DNA from: Callorhinchus milii
Taxonomy: Eukaryota
Assembly: GCF_018977255.1 (NCBI RefSeq)
Contig: NW_024704743.1
Coordinates: 27,592,001-27,656,000, forward strand
Length of the DNA stretch: 64,000 bases
Reading direction: 5' to 3'
How positions within the stretch are numbered: the first letter of the stretch is position 1; every line of letters starts with the position of its first letter. Below the pieces are notes generated by a model. The model was not told the origin of the DNA, did not search any database, and was given only the letters and a program-made list of their open reading frames with translations. Below are positions 50,484-63,585 of this stretch, piece after piece. Position numbers and translations under genes: made by a program.

Positions 50484-51742
50484 AATAATAATAATCCTTG
50501 CATTTAATATAGCACCTTATCATGTTGCTGAGACATTTCAAAGTGCCTTGACAGTGGTGGAGCAGATGCTAAGCTGTTGAGATGGGAGGTGACTGTAGGC
50601 ACAGTCGAATCGGAAGGTCTTCAGGTGTGAACTGAAGATGGGGAAGGAAGCAAGACGGTGGAATAGAGAAAGAGTGTTCCAGAGTTTCAGGGTATAGTGG
50701 CTGAAAGCACGACCACCAATGATGGAACAGAGGGCATGAGGGATATGCAGATGGCCAGAGCCAGTCGATGGGAGGCAGCAGGTTGTGGGTTGGGGGATAA
50801 GCAAGTCGGAGAGATTGGGAGGTGCCAGGGCATGAAGGGGTTTGAAAATGAGTGTGAGGATCTTGAAAAGATCCTTTCAGCGATAGGGAGCCAGTCAAGC
50901 CTGGCTAGAACTTGTGTGATGAGGGTATGGAGTTTAATATGAGTAAGTATGAGAGCAGTGGAGTTTTGGATCAGCTAGATCCTGTGCACAGGGGAGCTGG
51001 GGAGACTGGCAAAGAGGGTATTTGAGAAGTCGAGTTGGGAGGTGACGAACGCATGGACGAGTGTTTTGGCTGCCTCTGGGGTAAGGTACAGTCTGAAGCG
51101 GGTGATGTGGTGGAGGTGGAGGAAGGTGATCCTGGTCAAGAATCAGACATGGGGAAGAAAGGACAGCTGCGGGTCGAACCTGCTGCCTAGGTTACGCACT
51201 GGTTCAGTAATTTGAGGAATAGGCCAGGAAGGTTGAGAAGGTCAGAACCGCAGCATAGAAGACATTGATGGGAGCCAATGAGTATGGCTTCGGTCTTGTC
51301 AACATTGAGTTGCAGGAAGTTTTTGCTTATCCAGGCCCTGATGTCCATGAGATAAGTTAAGAGAACATCGGTCGAGCTGGAGTCGCAGCTGGAGGAGAAG
51401 TAGATTTGTGTGTCATCCGCATACACATGGAAGTTTACCCCATGTCTGCAGATAACATCACCAAGAGGGAGCATATAGATGAGGAAGAGAAGGGGGCCAA
51501 GGATAGAACCTTGGGATAAACCACAGGCTCTGGTGTACCCCAGTTTGACTTTGTCAAACACAGCAGAGGTCCAGGATGAAGAGGAGGCAGAGGGAGTCCT
51601 GGTCACAGAGAGGGAGGATGTCATTTGTGACCTTGACAAGCGTTATCTCTGTCCTATGAGCAGGGCGGAAACCAGACTGGAGGGGCTCGAGGAGGGAATG
51701 GAGGGAGAGGTGAGACCAAAGTTGTTTAGCGACAACGGGTTC
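50484..51742 (-). mobile_element. L2 LINE, 5'-truncated, with (ATT)n tail
   Basis: [33 protein letters not shown]...HVYADDTQ...[21 protein letters not shown]; ends AAATGCAAGGATTATTATT. Confidence 0.95.
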
Positions 51743-51751
51743 CAGAGATTT

Positions 51752-51985
51752 AAACTTCCTTCTCTTTTCGAATAGTACCATGGGATCTTTAAGGTCCACC
51801 TGAACAGTCAGATGGGATCTTGGTTTAACATCTCATCTGAAGGATGGCACCTCTGACAATTCAGCACTGCATTAGAGCATCATTTTAGACTATATGTTTC
51901 CAAGTCCCGATCTGGGAATAGAAACCACAACCTTCTGACTCAGAAGCAAGAGTTTTACCACTGCACCAGCCTGACACACTGCGTT
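51752..51985 (-). mobile_element. DeuSINE-type SINE, 5' half
   Basis: Minus strand: tRNA-like head and GATGAGATGTTAAACCAAGATCCCATCTGACTGTTCAGGTGGACCTTAAAGATCCCATGGTACTATTCGAA. Confidence 0.85.
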
Positions 51986-52789
51986 GTCTCTGTATCTAAT
52001 AGTCTTCGGAATTGGTAAGCAAGGTGTGTTTCTCCAGGGAGAGAGTGATTCCAGAAATGGAATATTTCCACATGCTCAGCCTAACTTTGATAGTCTTAAG
52101 TATGGTGATGAATTTCAGGATGTAGTTCATCAAAAACAATTAGCACTCATCCCAAGCACATGCACATCACACAAAAGGATTTTCAAGTGTGAAACTCTGT
52201 AACAAAACAGTATAACATTCTCCTGACATTGATTCACTAAAACACTTGTCAGTTGTTTCCCTAACAGAAAATTGCTCCCATACTTTTCAGGCAAGTTGAT
52301 CATTAACATGTCATGATTGAAGAGTGCAGTGATGCTCATCAAATGATGTTATAGGAAGTGAATTTCATTCTTTCCTTTCCGCTTTAAATCTGACCAAGCT
52401 GTTGCCCTGTTATGACAGCAGAGAACAATCTGCAACCCAGACAAGCATGAAAAATGCATTTTAGTAACCTAACAACACATCTCCATAATAATCATATGTC
52501 AAAGTGCTTTATTAATTCAGCCTGACCTGTGTAACCCATGATTGCTCTGTCTTTACAATCCATTACGTGCCTTGATGTATTGCGAACCACCTGCAATAGC
52601 CTGGAGATAAATTCCTAGAAGAAAATGTAGCACTGATGGTCTCTTACTTCAGATATTGTACTCTGAAATGTTGCTAATGCTATTTGTTAAACTTATACAA
52701 ATACAGATATTAAGGACTTAGACATTAGTAAGGCAGAGGTTCTGATTGGGCTCATAGGGTTGAAAAACAATCAATACACCAAGATGAGT

Positions 52790-53110
52790 TGAAATATACC
52801 AAATGTTATTTAGAGAGGCAGGATAACTAAACCACTGACAGACATTTTGTTAATGAATACAAGAAAAGTTCCAACAGACTTGAAATCAGCAAATTCAATT
52901 GTCATATTTGAAAAAGGGCACAGAGCCGTACCTGGCAACTGCAGACCCATTCGCCTAACCTACATAACAGGAAAAATGAAGGATTCAATCATAAAAATTA
53001 AAATACAAAACTAGCTATATGAAAATAACTTGATAAATAGCAGATAGCATTGCTCAAAGTGGCTTGATCTTGCTAATAACCTCATTGATTTTCTGGAGGA
53101 AGGTACATTA
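52790..53110 (+). mobile_element. Old CR1 fragment
   Basis: GAAAAAGGG...CCTGGCAACTGCAGACCCATTCGCCTAACC resembles KKG...PGNYRPISLT. Confidence 0.65.
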
Positions 53111-53634
53111 GAATTTGACCGTTGGAAGACAAATAACACAGTGTAAATTGTCGTCTGGCATTGAAGACATGGCAACAGCACTAATGTCTGGACTCACTTC
53201 AAAAGGGCCTATGACAAAGTACCAAACGAGAGACTCTGAGCACCACAAGTGCTGCCAGGTCCTCAATGGCAGACTACAATGCAGATTGCAATTTATTATT
53301 CATGTATGACTCATGTGGGAGGTGGTCTAGTGCATCTGACTGCTGCTCTCCTCCAACATTATCCAGGCCACTATTCAATGTCACTAGAATGAATCCACCT
53401 GGCACCGCATTATGGTCAATCAAAGCTCATAACCCAGAAAAAACATTTCCTTTGCTGATGCTTCTATTGTCGGAAACCAAAGTGGAGCTCACAGTTACTA
53501 CAGAATGATCCAAAGTGATGAACTGGATCCATGATTTTAAAAGGATAGTGCATCCAAATATGAAAGATCTGAACTGAGACCAAATTAAGACTTTGGACCC
53601 CTTCATACTTGGTGATGATTCTTGTTAGCTATAC

Positions 53635-54090
53635 TTGCTCATTTGGTAACACTCTCGTTTCTAAGTCAGCAGGTTGTGGGTTCAAGCCTCATGTGCGGAC
53701 TTAAAGCACTCCAAGATGCTACCCTGCGTGATTGCAATAAATGCAATGTTGTTGTCAGAAACCCATGTAATCTAAGATGACATTCCAGTGCAGTGCTGGG
53801 GGAGTGCTGCATTGTTGGAGGTGCCTTTGGTGAGATATTAAACTGAATTCCCGTTTGCCTGTTCAGGTAGAATGAAGAATCATTCCCATGTTACTCTTCA
53901 AAAAGCAAAGGGAGTTTTTCCCAATGTCCTGGCCAATAATTCTCAAAATAAAATGAGTTATTCGCTTCATGTTTTTTTGGGGGGACATTGCTGTGTGCAA
54001 ATTGGGCTGCCTCATTCACAGACAAAACAGTCATTACAATTATATCCTGCGAAGCACTTTGACGCATCCTCTTAAAGTGAAAGGCAATTT
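53635..54090 (+). mobile_element. DeuSINE-type SINE with an inserted L2-type tail
   Basis: GGTTGTGGGTTCAAGCC head, GGGAGTGCTGCATTGTTGGAGGTGCC, TGCCTGTTCAGGT core. Confidence 0.8.
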
Positions 54091-55479
54091 CTCAAATATT
54101 ACTTTTATATTATATATTAAATAATGTAAAAAATATATTATTTTTGTGGGTAGCTACAAAACTTACCTGTTCTCAGAAAGCTATTCTTGTGCAGATTTTT
54201 CTATTATCCTCCTGAGTTTATTAGGGAGTAAAATAATTCCATGATCACCATTTTTAGATAATCTGTCTACTTCATGTTTTCTTTCACCAACAGTAGAATT
54301 GAGAACCAATGAAACCAGGTTTAAAAATAACAGCCTGTAAGACAGGGTATTTTTTTAAACACATTGCTAGATTTACAGTATGATTCATTTTACAACTTTC
54401 CTGTCACAAATAATTGCAGCAGTAAACTAATACCTCTCATGTGTTGCCAGGTGCTAAAATTTTACAACACAAATCTGCCAATACAATTTATACCATTGTA
54501 TTACTGGGAATGAGCATGATTGCAAAATATGCATATGGAAAATAATAATGAGAAATAATTTCTACATGTGTACAGCTCAAAACACCAAACAATATGCAAC
54601 ATCATTTTAATGGTGACAGTCCCAATATTATAATAAGGAAGACAAATTGTTCTCTTTATTCATTTCAGAGTATCTGGAAAGTGAGGTATAGTTAAATGTA
54701 GCCTTAATTGTGAAGCCAGTTATGTAAATTCTTTTTTTAAGAACTACAGCAAATGGACTTCAAAGTTAATATTGGATTCAACAATTTGCAAAATTCTGCA
54801 CTCTCTGAAACAAGAGTAAATCCAAACCCAAATAGAATTTCTACACCTAAAGATTCGATGGCAGTGAGTTTATTATACCCTCTTTAATATAGACCTTTTG
54901 GAGTTGGGAGTTCAAAGCAGGCACAAATGGCAATAATAAATTGTGTACTGAGAATATGTGGATCGGAAAAGTGCTTAACTTAAGGCTTTGGAGAATAAGT
55001 TTATCACACTTCTTTACCAGATGCTGACCTATGAATAACTTAAAATAAAACATTCAGGTTTAAAAAGCTGTTCTAGCACCTAGGAATCAAAAGGTCACAT
55101 TTCATTAAGTTTAAAAATTAACTGTGATAAACCTGAGGGAATAAGCATTTCCCATAATTAGGTGGTCAGTCAGCCTAAAACTTGTCATTATGGACAGCAC
55201 CCAGCCAATAAAGAGTTCATTGTTTATCCTTAATAAGAGCTAAGGAACAGAATGTGCTTAGAAAAATCACCATTTTAACCCAAATTAGTTTTCTGGAACA
55301 AGAATTCTGAGAAACAAATCACAAGCATAATCCCTTTATAGAACAACTTTGCATATATTTATATGTAGATATTTTTGGCTGAGGTAGAATAGTACCCAAC
55401 ATAATTCAGTGACCTGGTCTGATGCATTTCATACCTGAGAACCTTCTCACCTCAGGCATTGACAGCTCCAATCTACATG

Positions 55480-56040
55480 GATGCACACTCCACCTCACTG
55501 AGCCTATGCTGAATCTATTCATCCTATTCGACTCTCAACTGCTCTTTAAACCTACATCCATGCCTTGACCTGTTCAGCTTTCCCCCACCTTCGCACCATT
55601 GCTCGCCTCCGCAGCTACCTTTTCCCTTGGGTCCGCAATACCCTTATCCATGCTTTTACCACGTCCATGCTTTGACTACGCCAACTCTCTGTTCACCAGA
55701 CTTCCCAGCTATTCCCTTCACAAGCAGCAGACTATTCAGAACTCTGCTGCTTGTGTCCTTTCATGCACTGAGCTCCATGAGCTGACCACCCCCATCCTTG
55801 CTCAGCTCCACTAGCCCCCCATTCCCCCAGAGAATCAATTTCAAGATCCGCATCCTCAGTTTTAAAGCCTTCCACGATCTTGCCCCACCCTACCTCGATG
55901 ACCTTCTAAAATCTTACCAATCCGCCCATTCCCCCCATTCAGCAGGTAATGGGCTCCATTAGGGCCCCCGCCCTAACTGCCCTACCATCAGCTGTCAGGC
56001 CTTCAGCCTTTCCACTCCCACCCTCTGGAACTCTGTCCTG
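55480..56040 (+). mobile_element. Old L2 fragment
   Basis: FDYANSLF...IQNSAACVL...TPILAQLH (ORF 55599..55814). Confidence 0.8.
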
Positions 56041-56666
56041 GAGTACCCTCAATCAATAGTGACAGGAGTGAATGCAAAGGAAGTTGTTTTCTAAGATGTT
56101 AATATAATAGGGTTTCCCTTATTTAAATAAACTTCTGGGAACCAAACTGACAAGCTCCCAGATTCCCAGCTATGATTTGGCCTCAGGTCAAAGAAACAAG
56201 TGCTTAAATAGGCCACGCGTGAAACATTAAGAGGATTCATGCAGTGAGGTGATTAGTACACTTTCTTTTGAATACCTGAGCCAAATGTAGCTGGAACACT
56301 GTCAATGCTACAGACAGATTGTTAGGACCAAACAAAAAGAAACACAAAATATTGAAACATTCCAATGTATCAAGATCAGACTCCCTACAGCGAGTGAGGG
56401 CAATCCCCGAAACCCATTATAACAAGTACGGCAGTTCCCTGAGGCCTGGAAAACTCTTTGTACAAGTGAAATTATTGGTACGATTCTCTCTACTTCCTCA
56501 ATCACAGCAGAAGGGAAATGTGAGGATTTTTAAAAAAAATAATAATCTGACTTTCAATTGCCAAACACGGCACCTTGGGTCCAACTCACCTCCAAGGAGA
56601 CCCCACTTTGTCACTCGTTGGCCTAGAAAATACACAGTCACTATGTATTTGACTAAATACTGTAAA

Positions 56667-56980
56667 GGAGTCCTGTAGCTCAGTGGTTAGAGTATTCACC
56701 TCGCAAATGGGAGACCTGGGTTCGATTCCCAGCAGGGCGAAACCCTAGGGAAGTTTCCTTACTCCACATGCCTTATAATAGTCCCTCAAGAAAAAAAAAA
56801 CAATAATAATTTGGTCACTCAATCCATGACTGTTGCGGGACAATGCTGTGTGCAATTGGCTGCCGCATTTCGCCCACAAAATATACAATCAATTAACTTT
56901 ACGGTATATTCTGTGAAGCGCTTTGAGATATCTAGAAGATGTGAAAAGTACTATATCTAATGCAAGAATTATTATTATTA
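56667..56980 (+). mobile_element. tRNA-derived SINE, full-length short variant
   Basis: A box TAGCTCAGTGGTTAG, B box GGTTCGATTCCC, no central module, ATT tail. Confidence 0.9.
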
Positions 56981-57599
56981 AAGGATCAAAAAAAAGTCAG
57001 GTTTTCTTAGTAGAATCGAAGATAGCAGCAGATGTATTTTGTCAAATTGTTTTTTAGCAGCAAATCATTGTGTCCTAGTCGGGAGGTGTTCAGTTCTACT
57101 GCAAGTCTTAAGGAATGGGTGGAAAAGTGCAACATTTCTTAGCAGATTCCATAAATCAGGTAGAATCTATTAGAATCTGCCCCTTCATCCACAATCTATA
57201 TGTAATCTTGTTCTTGTTGTTGTATTCATTTAAATGGGCTTTAGGCATTCAAGCCATTCACCCTGTTCTTATCTCGTTAAAACACGTTTTCATCCCTAAT
57301 ATACATACACAAACAACCCATCATCTAGTTTGAAGTGCTATGAAATTTAGAAAAACTGAGATTTGATTGGGTGCAATCTAACCAAAAGATTAGTCGTAAA
57401 AGATTGGTTACATTAAAGCTGTGCTCAATTGGATGCTGCATTTCACCCACAAATATACGGTCAATTCACTTTGCAGTCTATTTTGTGAAGCGCTTTGAGA
57501 CGTCTAGAAGACCTGAAAAGCGCTATATCAAATGCAAGGATTATTATTATTATTATCAGTATCCAGGAGACGGAACTCATCTATAGAGCTCAAAGAGTT

Positions 57600-57850
57600 A
57601 ATGCCTTCAGCAAGAGCATTTATCAAAGTTATGAACGAACTAATCCCAAGGGTACTTCCTTGGTCACAACCATGGAATTAGAGCTATTACCATTGATCAC
57701 AACCTGTGGTTTATTCTTATTAAGGCAAATAATAATCCAATTTACCACTTTCTGCTTTATAGCAAAAGCTTTTAGTTTAGTTGCAAGTGTTATGTGAGGC
57801 ACCTTTTCAATTGCTTTCTGAAAGTCAAAATACATATTATGTGTCACAAT
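57600..57850 (-). mobile_element. Old CR1 RT fragment
   Basis: YFDFQKAIEKVPH...QVVING...VPLG (ORF 57629..57862). Confidence 0.75.
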
Positions 57851-58309
57851 ACTGCCACCCACTAAACTTTGTCATGTCCCTAAAGAATTCCAATAATGTT
57901 GTTAAGAATGATTTCTCTTTTAATTTGGCATTTGCCTCCAAACACACAGTCAATGCACTTTACAGTAAAATTCTGTGAAGTGCTTTGTGATGTCTTCCCG
58001 ACAAGAAAGGGTGGAGTTAGGACTTATCAAATGCAAGGGTTACTGTCATATCTTTCATAATGCTCTGAAACAGTTGCCTTTACTTTTGGTAAATACATTT
58101 GACTTTTTCCCTTTTCAGTGGGCTTTAACATACAGTATTTCCACAACACAGAGGGCTATAATTTTCAAGATCAGGCTTCTGAACCTATTTCAAAACTTGG
58201 AAATAATATGAACTATTTTCCCATCTGCTAGTACTGCTTCTACCTCTTTTCCTTTCAATTAATTCTGCATTAATGACCTTCTGGAATTTTCATTACGACA
58301 TTCACAAAT

Positions 58310-58565
58310 TAATAGGAACATGGGAAATATAGGCCATTCGACCCCTCAAGCCTGCCCCGCCATTCAGTAAGATCATGGCTGATCTTCTAACCTAACTCCA
58401 TCTGCCCACATTATCCCCATATCCTTTAATCTCTCTATCTTTCAGAAACCTATCAATCTCAGTCTTGAATATGTTCAAGGACTGAGCATCTACAGCCTTC
58501 TGGGTAGACCATTCCATAAATTCACTACCCTCTGAGTGAAGAAGTATTTTCTCAACTCTGTTCGA
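58310..58565 (-). mobile_element. CR1 3' end
   Basis: QKAVDAQSLNIFKTEIDRFL, close to the 16.9-17.2 kb copy. Confidence 0.9.
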
Positions 58566-58589
58566 AAGTGTTACCATCACACATACAAT

Positions 58590-59300
58590 ATGGTAACACT
58601 TTCCCCACTGAGTCAGACTGTTGTGGTTTCAAGCCTAAGCTGACACTCCAGTGCAGTGCAGGGTACATGATGCATTATTAATTGTTCCTTCATTTGGATG
58701 AGATGTTAAAACTGAGATTCCACCTGCCTGTTTAGGTGGACATTACAGATCCATTTATTCAAAAAGGGAAGAGAGATTCCCTCGGAGCCTTGGCCAGCAA
58801 TCCCCCAAATAAAACTGATCACTCACTCCATGTATTTTGCTGTGCTCAAATTGGCTGCCATAATTGCCTACAAATAGACAGTTACTACACATTACAGTAA
58901 AATTCTGTGAAGCTCTTTAAGATGTCTTGGCAGTGTGATAAGATAGTATGTCAAACGCAAGGAATATTATTATTGTTGATCTTGACTAAAACGCAAGGAA
59001 GGGCATTTATCCATCCTTCTGATGAGACTTTAAACCAAGGTCCCATCTGCCTGTTCAAATGGATGTTAAATATCTCGCAGCACAATTCAAAAAGATAAGG
59101 GAATCTTCTCCTCTTCCACTGACTTGGCCAATAATTACCCAAATACAATTGGTCACTTCATGGTTTTTGGTTGGACATTGCTCTGCCAAATTAGCTGTCA
59201 TGGTCGCTCACAAAATACAAGGTTAATGCACTCTCCAGTATATTCTATAAAACATTTTACTGACCTAAAGGCCCAAAGGCAAATGTAAGAATTATTATAT
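58590..59300 (+). mobile_element. Two consecutive DeuSINE-type copies
   Basis: Deu core CTGCCTGTT..GTGGA/ATGGA at ~58725 and ~59047, each followed by a degraded body and tail. Confidence 0.75.
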
Positions 59301-60539
59301 TATTGTTATTCTTATTCTTTTGCCCACAAATGTACGGTCAATTCACTTTACAGTCTATTCTGTGGAGCGCTTTGAGACGTTGAGAAGACGTGAAAAGCGC
59401 TATATCAAATGCAAGGATTATTATTATTGTTATTATTCGTCTTCTTAGTATTTTGGTTATTGCCAAACTGGCACCAATGTTTTAGTGACAGTATAAACCA
59501 AAGTCTGCCTTGCACCATGTCTTGTGGTTCATCATTTTGTGTCATGTTCAACACATAGCTTTTTGCTGCAACTGAATGATCGGTTACAAAGTTCATGATG
59601 TAGCATGGATAAAGCGAACTAATAAGGCAATCGGCCTTTGATTTTCACATCTTCAGTTCTCTCTGAAAATCAAAGTCTCTCTTCTCAGCCTCTCTTGTTA
59701 ATCTTGAGAAAGTATCCAGCACAGAATAAAAGAAATGCACAACACCTGAGGCTGTCTCACCAGTTGACAGGATTACTTTGCCACAAAAATAAACTGAAAC
59801 AGTAACGTAAGGAATAACCAGCATTCCTGCCCACCTCTTATATAACAAACGTATACCTGACAATGCTTCAAGATTCACTGTGGAGAATCCAGTGTCTTGG
59901 GTCAAGATGTAAAGAAATAACATGAATTCCATGCTTTGTCTTGAAAATTGACATTATCTTTGAGAGAGAACGAATACTTTTTCACAATATTCTGCACTTG
60001 TATATCATAGTGAATAATAATTATGAATAAAAATCTTAACTTGCATTTGAGAAATGATCACTGCTCCCAATTGACCTAACTGGAGTTTTTTTAAACATAG
60101 CACATCCAATTATTTGTTCTTATTTTATGCTCCTGGTCTGACCTCTCCTTACTGGGATGTAGTTCCACAGGCACTGGTTGACCCCCGGAACCCCAACCAA
60201 GTGGCCACTTTATGTGTGAGCCATGACAGTGAATGTCAACAGCCTGACTTTTCTTCACCCAGCTGGTTTTAGCCTTCATGACTCTAGTAAGGCCAGGGCC
60301 AATTTAGCCGCACCATGCAACCCTAGCTGACACCAGCAAGCTTAGGACAAGATTCGAATCATGGAGTTTTTGGTTCATATGTTATATCTGTATCCATTAT
60401 ATTATCAGTGCCGCCTTCCTTGGAGATTGTCGGATTTCCTTGAAGTTCCAGGGTGACATGTTTAGCAACAGAATCGAGCCAGCCCTCTCAAGGCAGCAAA
60501 TGTGATTTTCCACTAATTCAAATTATTATTCGATTATCG

Positions 60540-60790
60540 GGCAGGGCGAAATATTGGGCAAGTTTCCTTACTTCACATGTCTCTGTTTACCTAGCAGTAA
60601 GAACCTGGTTGTTAGTCCCTTCAAAAAAAATACAAAAAAAATGTGTCGGAACACTGCTGTGTGCAATTGTCTGCCGCATTTCGCCCACAAAATATACAAT
60701 CGATTCACTTTACATTATATTCTGTGACGCGTTTTGAGATATCTCAAAGACATCATAAGGCGCGATATCAAATGCAAGGATTATTAATAT
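60540..60790 (+). mobile_element. tRNA-derived SINE, headless long variant
   Basis: GGGCAAGTTTCCTTAC, CTCTGTTTACCTAGCAGTAAG, shared 3' body and tail. Confidence 0.85.
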
Positions 60791-60914
60791 AATTATTTGG
60801 TGAAGTCCAATCTAACCAATGAAGATAGTTAGAGAGCGAAAGTGTATGTGAGTGAGTAAGAGAGAGATAGAGTGTGTTAGAATTGGAGAGAGAAAGTGTG
60901 TGAAATCTCTCCGC

Positions 60915-61125
60915 TGCATACCCAGGAGCTCGGAGCCATAAAGGAGGTTTGCTTGCACACAGGGCTTGTATGACATAAGTTTGACCTGCATTGGGACCTT
61001 GCTGTCCTTGAAAGAGACGGGCAAGACCAGAGTGCCCTTCACCCCTTCTCAGCTCAGTCCTTCAGGACAGTGTCCATTCTCAAGTTGGTGGCCATCAAAA
61101 ACCCAAGGTACAGATAAGAAGATGT
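60915..61125 (-). mobile_element. RTE-clade LINE fragment
   Basis: VKLMSYKPCVQANLLYGSE resembles RTE TKxxVYxACVxSTLLYGSE; upstream YLGFLMATNLRMDT resembles YLGSxIxxNLxxD. Confidence 0.55.
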
Positions 61126-61688
61126 TCATCTTCTCTCATACATAAGAATAGCAATCCAATAGAGATTCCTGGCAGCTGCTGGGACAGTGCTCTTTCCCAC
61201 GGATATATAAGGATAATAACCTTGTCAACTCACAATATATAGTGGTGCACAGAGCTATCTAAGCTCTTCCATGCAGTCGTCCACAAAAATCACTTAATCT
61301 GTCATGTACCGAGAGAGTATATTAACTTTGCTGAATTAAATAAAAAAATTTTTCCATTACCGCATTGGAGAATGCCTCAGGGTGAGTGTCACGGAGGGAC
61401 CGATTTTCTGCCTGCTGATAATATTTTTCGCCAATTTACAATCACATGAGAAATGGTTATCTCAGCAGTAAGAGTGGCTCAGTGGGGTTCACACAGTTCA
61501 AAAGTTCTGACGTGGAGTTGAACATCAGGAGTTTTTTCTAACTAGATGTTCAGAATCAAGAATAACATCAATTATTAGATAACAAAACACATCCCATAAA
61601 TAAGAACTTAATCAACAATTTGTCTTCTGATTGGTTTTATGGGTAAGATTACAAGTTACATTCAGACTATGCAAAGCATTATGCTGAA

Positions 61689-61779
61689 GTTGTAAATTTC
61701 CCTTGGTTATTAATGTTAAAGAACGTTATTTTGAAAGCAAATTCACCAAAGGTGCTGCTTTACCAAGGTTTACACTGTG
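61689..61779. repeat. Left arm of ~90-bp inverted repeat
   Basis: Reverse complement of 63586-63676; outer 33 nt identical. Confidence 0.9.
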
Positions 61780-63578
61780 CCAACTGCAAGGCGATGCTGG
61801 GCTTCCTTGAATGCAAAGTCGAGGGAATCCACTCAGCTGCCTCTGCCAGTGCAACTGCTAACCCTCCCCATCTCCTCCTCCAACCCCAGCCGCTACCCAC
61901 CCCTCCTCCCACACCTTTGAACCCCTCCCCCTCCTCTCTCATCATCACCATAACCCGTATGAAACCCACCACCTGCTCCCTCGACCCCATCCCTACCCCC
62001 CTCCTTACTTCCTAGCTCCACCTCCTTTCCCTCTACTCACTGACATTGTTAACCTCTCCCTATCCTCTGGTACTGTTCCCACCCTTTTAAAAACTGGTGT
62101 CATTACTCTTATCCTTAAAAAAACACTCCCTGGACCCTTCTCTACACCCTAACTACCGCCCCATCTCAAACCTCCCCTTCCTCTCCAAGGTCTGGGAACG
62201 AGTTGTTGCTTCTCAGCTTTGCTCCTTCCTCTCCCGCCACTCCCTTCTCGAACTGTTCCAATTGGGCTTCCGTGCCGCCCACAGCACAGAAACTGCCCGG
62301 GTCAAAGTGACAAATGACATTCTGTCCATCTGCAACCAGGGCTCCCTCTGCCTCCTCATCCTCTTTGACCTCTGCTGCTTTCAACACTGTCGACCACTGT
62401 ATCCTCATCCACTGCCTCTCCTCTCACCTCAACCTCCACAGCGCTGTCCTTGATTGGTTCAGATCATACGACTCACACCACCTGCACTTCATCGCCTCCA
62501 AACGGCTTCTCCTTTAGCCCCCGAACCATCTTGTGTGGTGTTCCTCAGGCCTCTGTCCTTGGTCCCTTCCTCTTCAACATCTACATGCTCCCTCTTGGTG
62601 ACATCATCCACAGACGTGGGGTCAACTTCCACATGTATGTGGATGACACCCAACTCTACCTCTGTGCCTCCACCCTTGACTCCAAGACCACTGCTGTCCT
62701 GACAGAATGTGTCAAGTCCTGGATGAGAGCTAACTTTATTCAGTTGAACATCAACAAGACCGAGGCGCTCCTTATTGGCTCCCGTCAGTGCCTTCTCACC
62801 TCAGGCGCTGACACCATCACCATCCATGGTCAAACACTCCACCTTGCTAAGCTAGTCCAGAACCTTAAGGTCTTGTTTGACCCTCAACTATCCTTTCTAC
62901 ACCATATCTGACCATGACCCACTCTGCCATCCCCCACCTCTGCAACGTCACCCGGCTCCGACACTGTCTCAAACCACAGGCCGCCGAAACCCTCAGACAC
63001 CCCTTCATTACATCAAGCCTCGATTATGCAAACTCACTGCTTGTCGGCCTCCCCAATTCCTCCCTCCACAGGCTGCAGATCATTCAGAACTTTGTAGCCC
63101 GTGTCCTCTCCCGCACTAGGCTCTGCAACCCGATCACTCCCATCCATGCCTAACTCCACTGGCTTCCCATCACACAGAGGGTGCAGTTCAAGATCCTGTT
63201 CCTCACCTTCTTGCTCCCCCCTATCTCTCCAATCTCCTAACCTCCTACCACACTGTTCGCTCCCTCGGCTCAGTGGGCTCCAGCCTGCTCCACTTCCCTC
63301 ATTTTGCTTGCCCCATTATCGGTGAGCTGGCCTTCTGCCACTCTGCACCCACCCTCTGAAGCTCCATCCGCAGTCCCTCCATCTTGCCCTCTCTCTCGCC
63401 ACCTTCATGACCCACTTCAAGATCCTCCTCTTTGACCATGCTTTTGATCACCCTGCTTCTCCCCCTGCCCTCCCCCATCCCAACCATCAGCTCGGGTCCA
63501 TAACTCTGGCTGGCAATGCCTTGGAACATCCTCCCGATGTGAAAAGCGCCATACAAATGCAATTTTGTTGTTGTTGTT
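61780..63578 (+). mobile_element. L2 LINE, ~1.8 kb, 5'-truncated, frameshifted
   Basis: TCSLDPIPT, NYRPISNLPFLSKV, GVPQASVLGPFLFNIYMLPLG...MYVDDTQLY, SLDYANSLL, terminal stem-loop and (TTG)n. Confidence 0.95.
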
Positions 63579-63585
63579 ACCAGAT

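Noticed and set aside
56667..56740. tRNA-Ala gene (also the heads at 9780, 33091, 42794, 48477)
   Set aside because: The A/B boxes run directly into a shared SINE body and the copies are diverged, so these are SINE heads and not tRNA genes
59645..59932. 95-aa minus-strand ORF
   Set aside because: No recognisable homology or splice context; this length can arise by chance in 64 kb
61780..63578. Active RT gene or retron/DGR-like system
   Set aside because: 5'-truncated, frameshifted L2 with no endonuclease or ORF1; eukaryotic context
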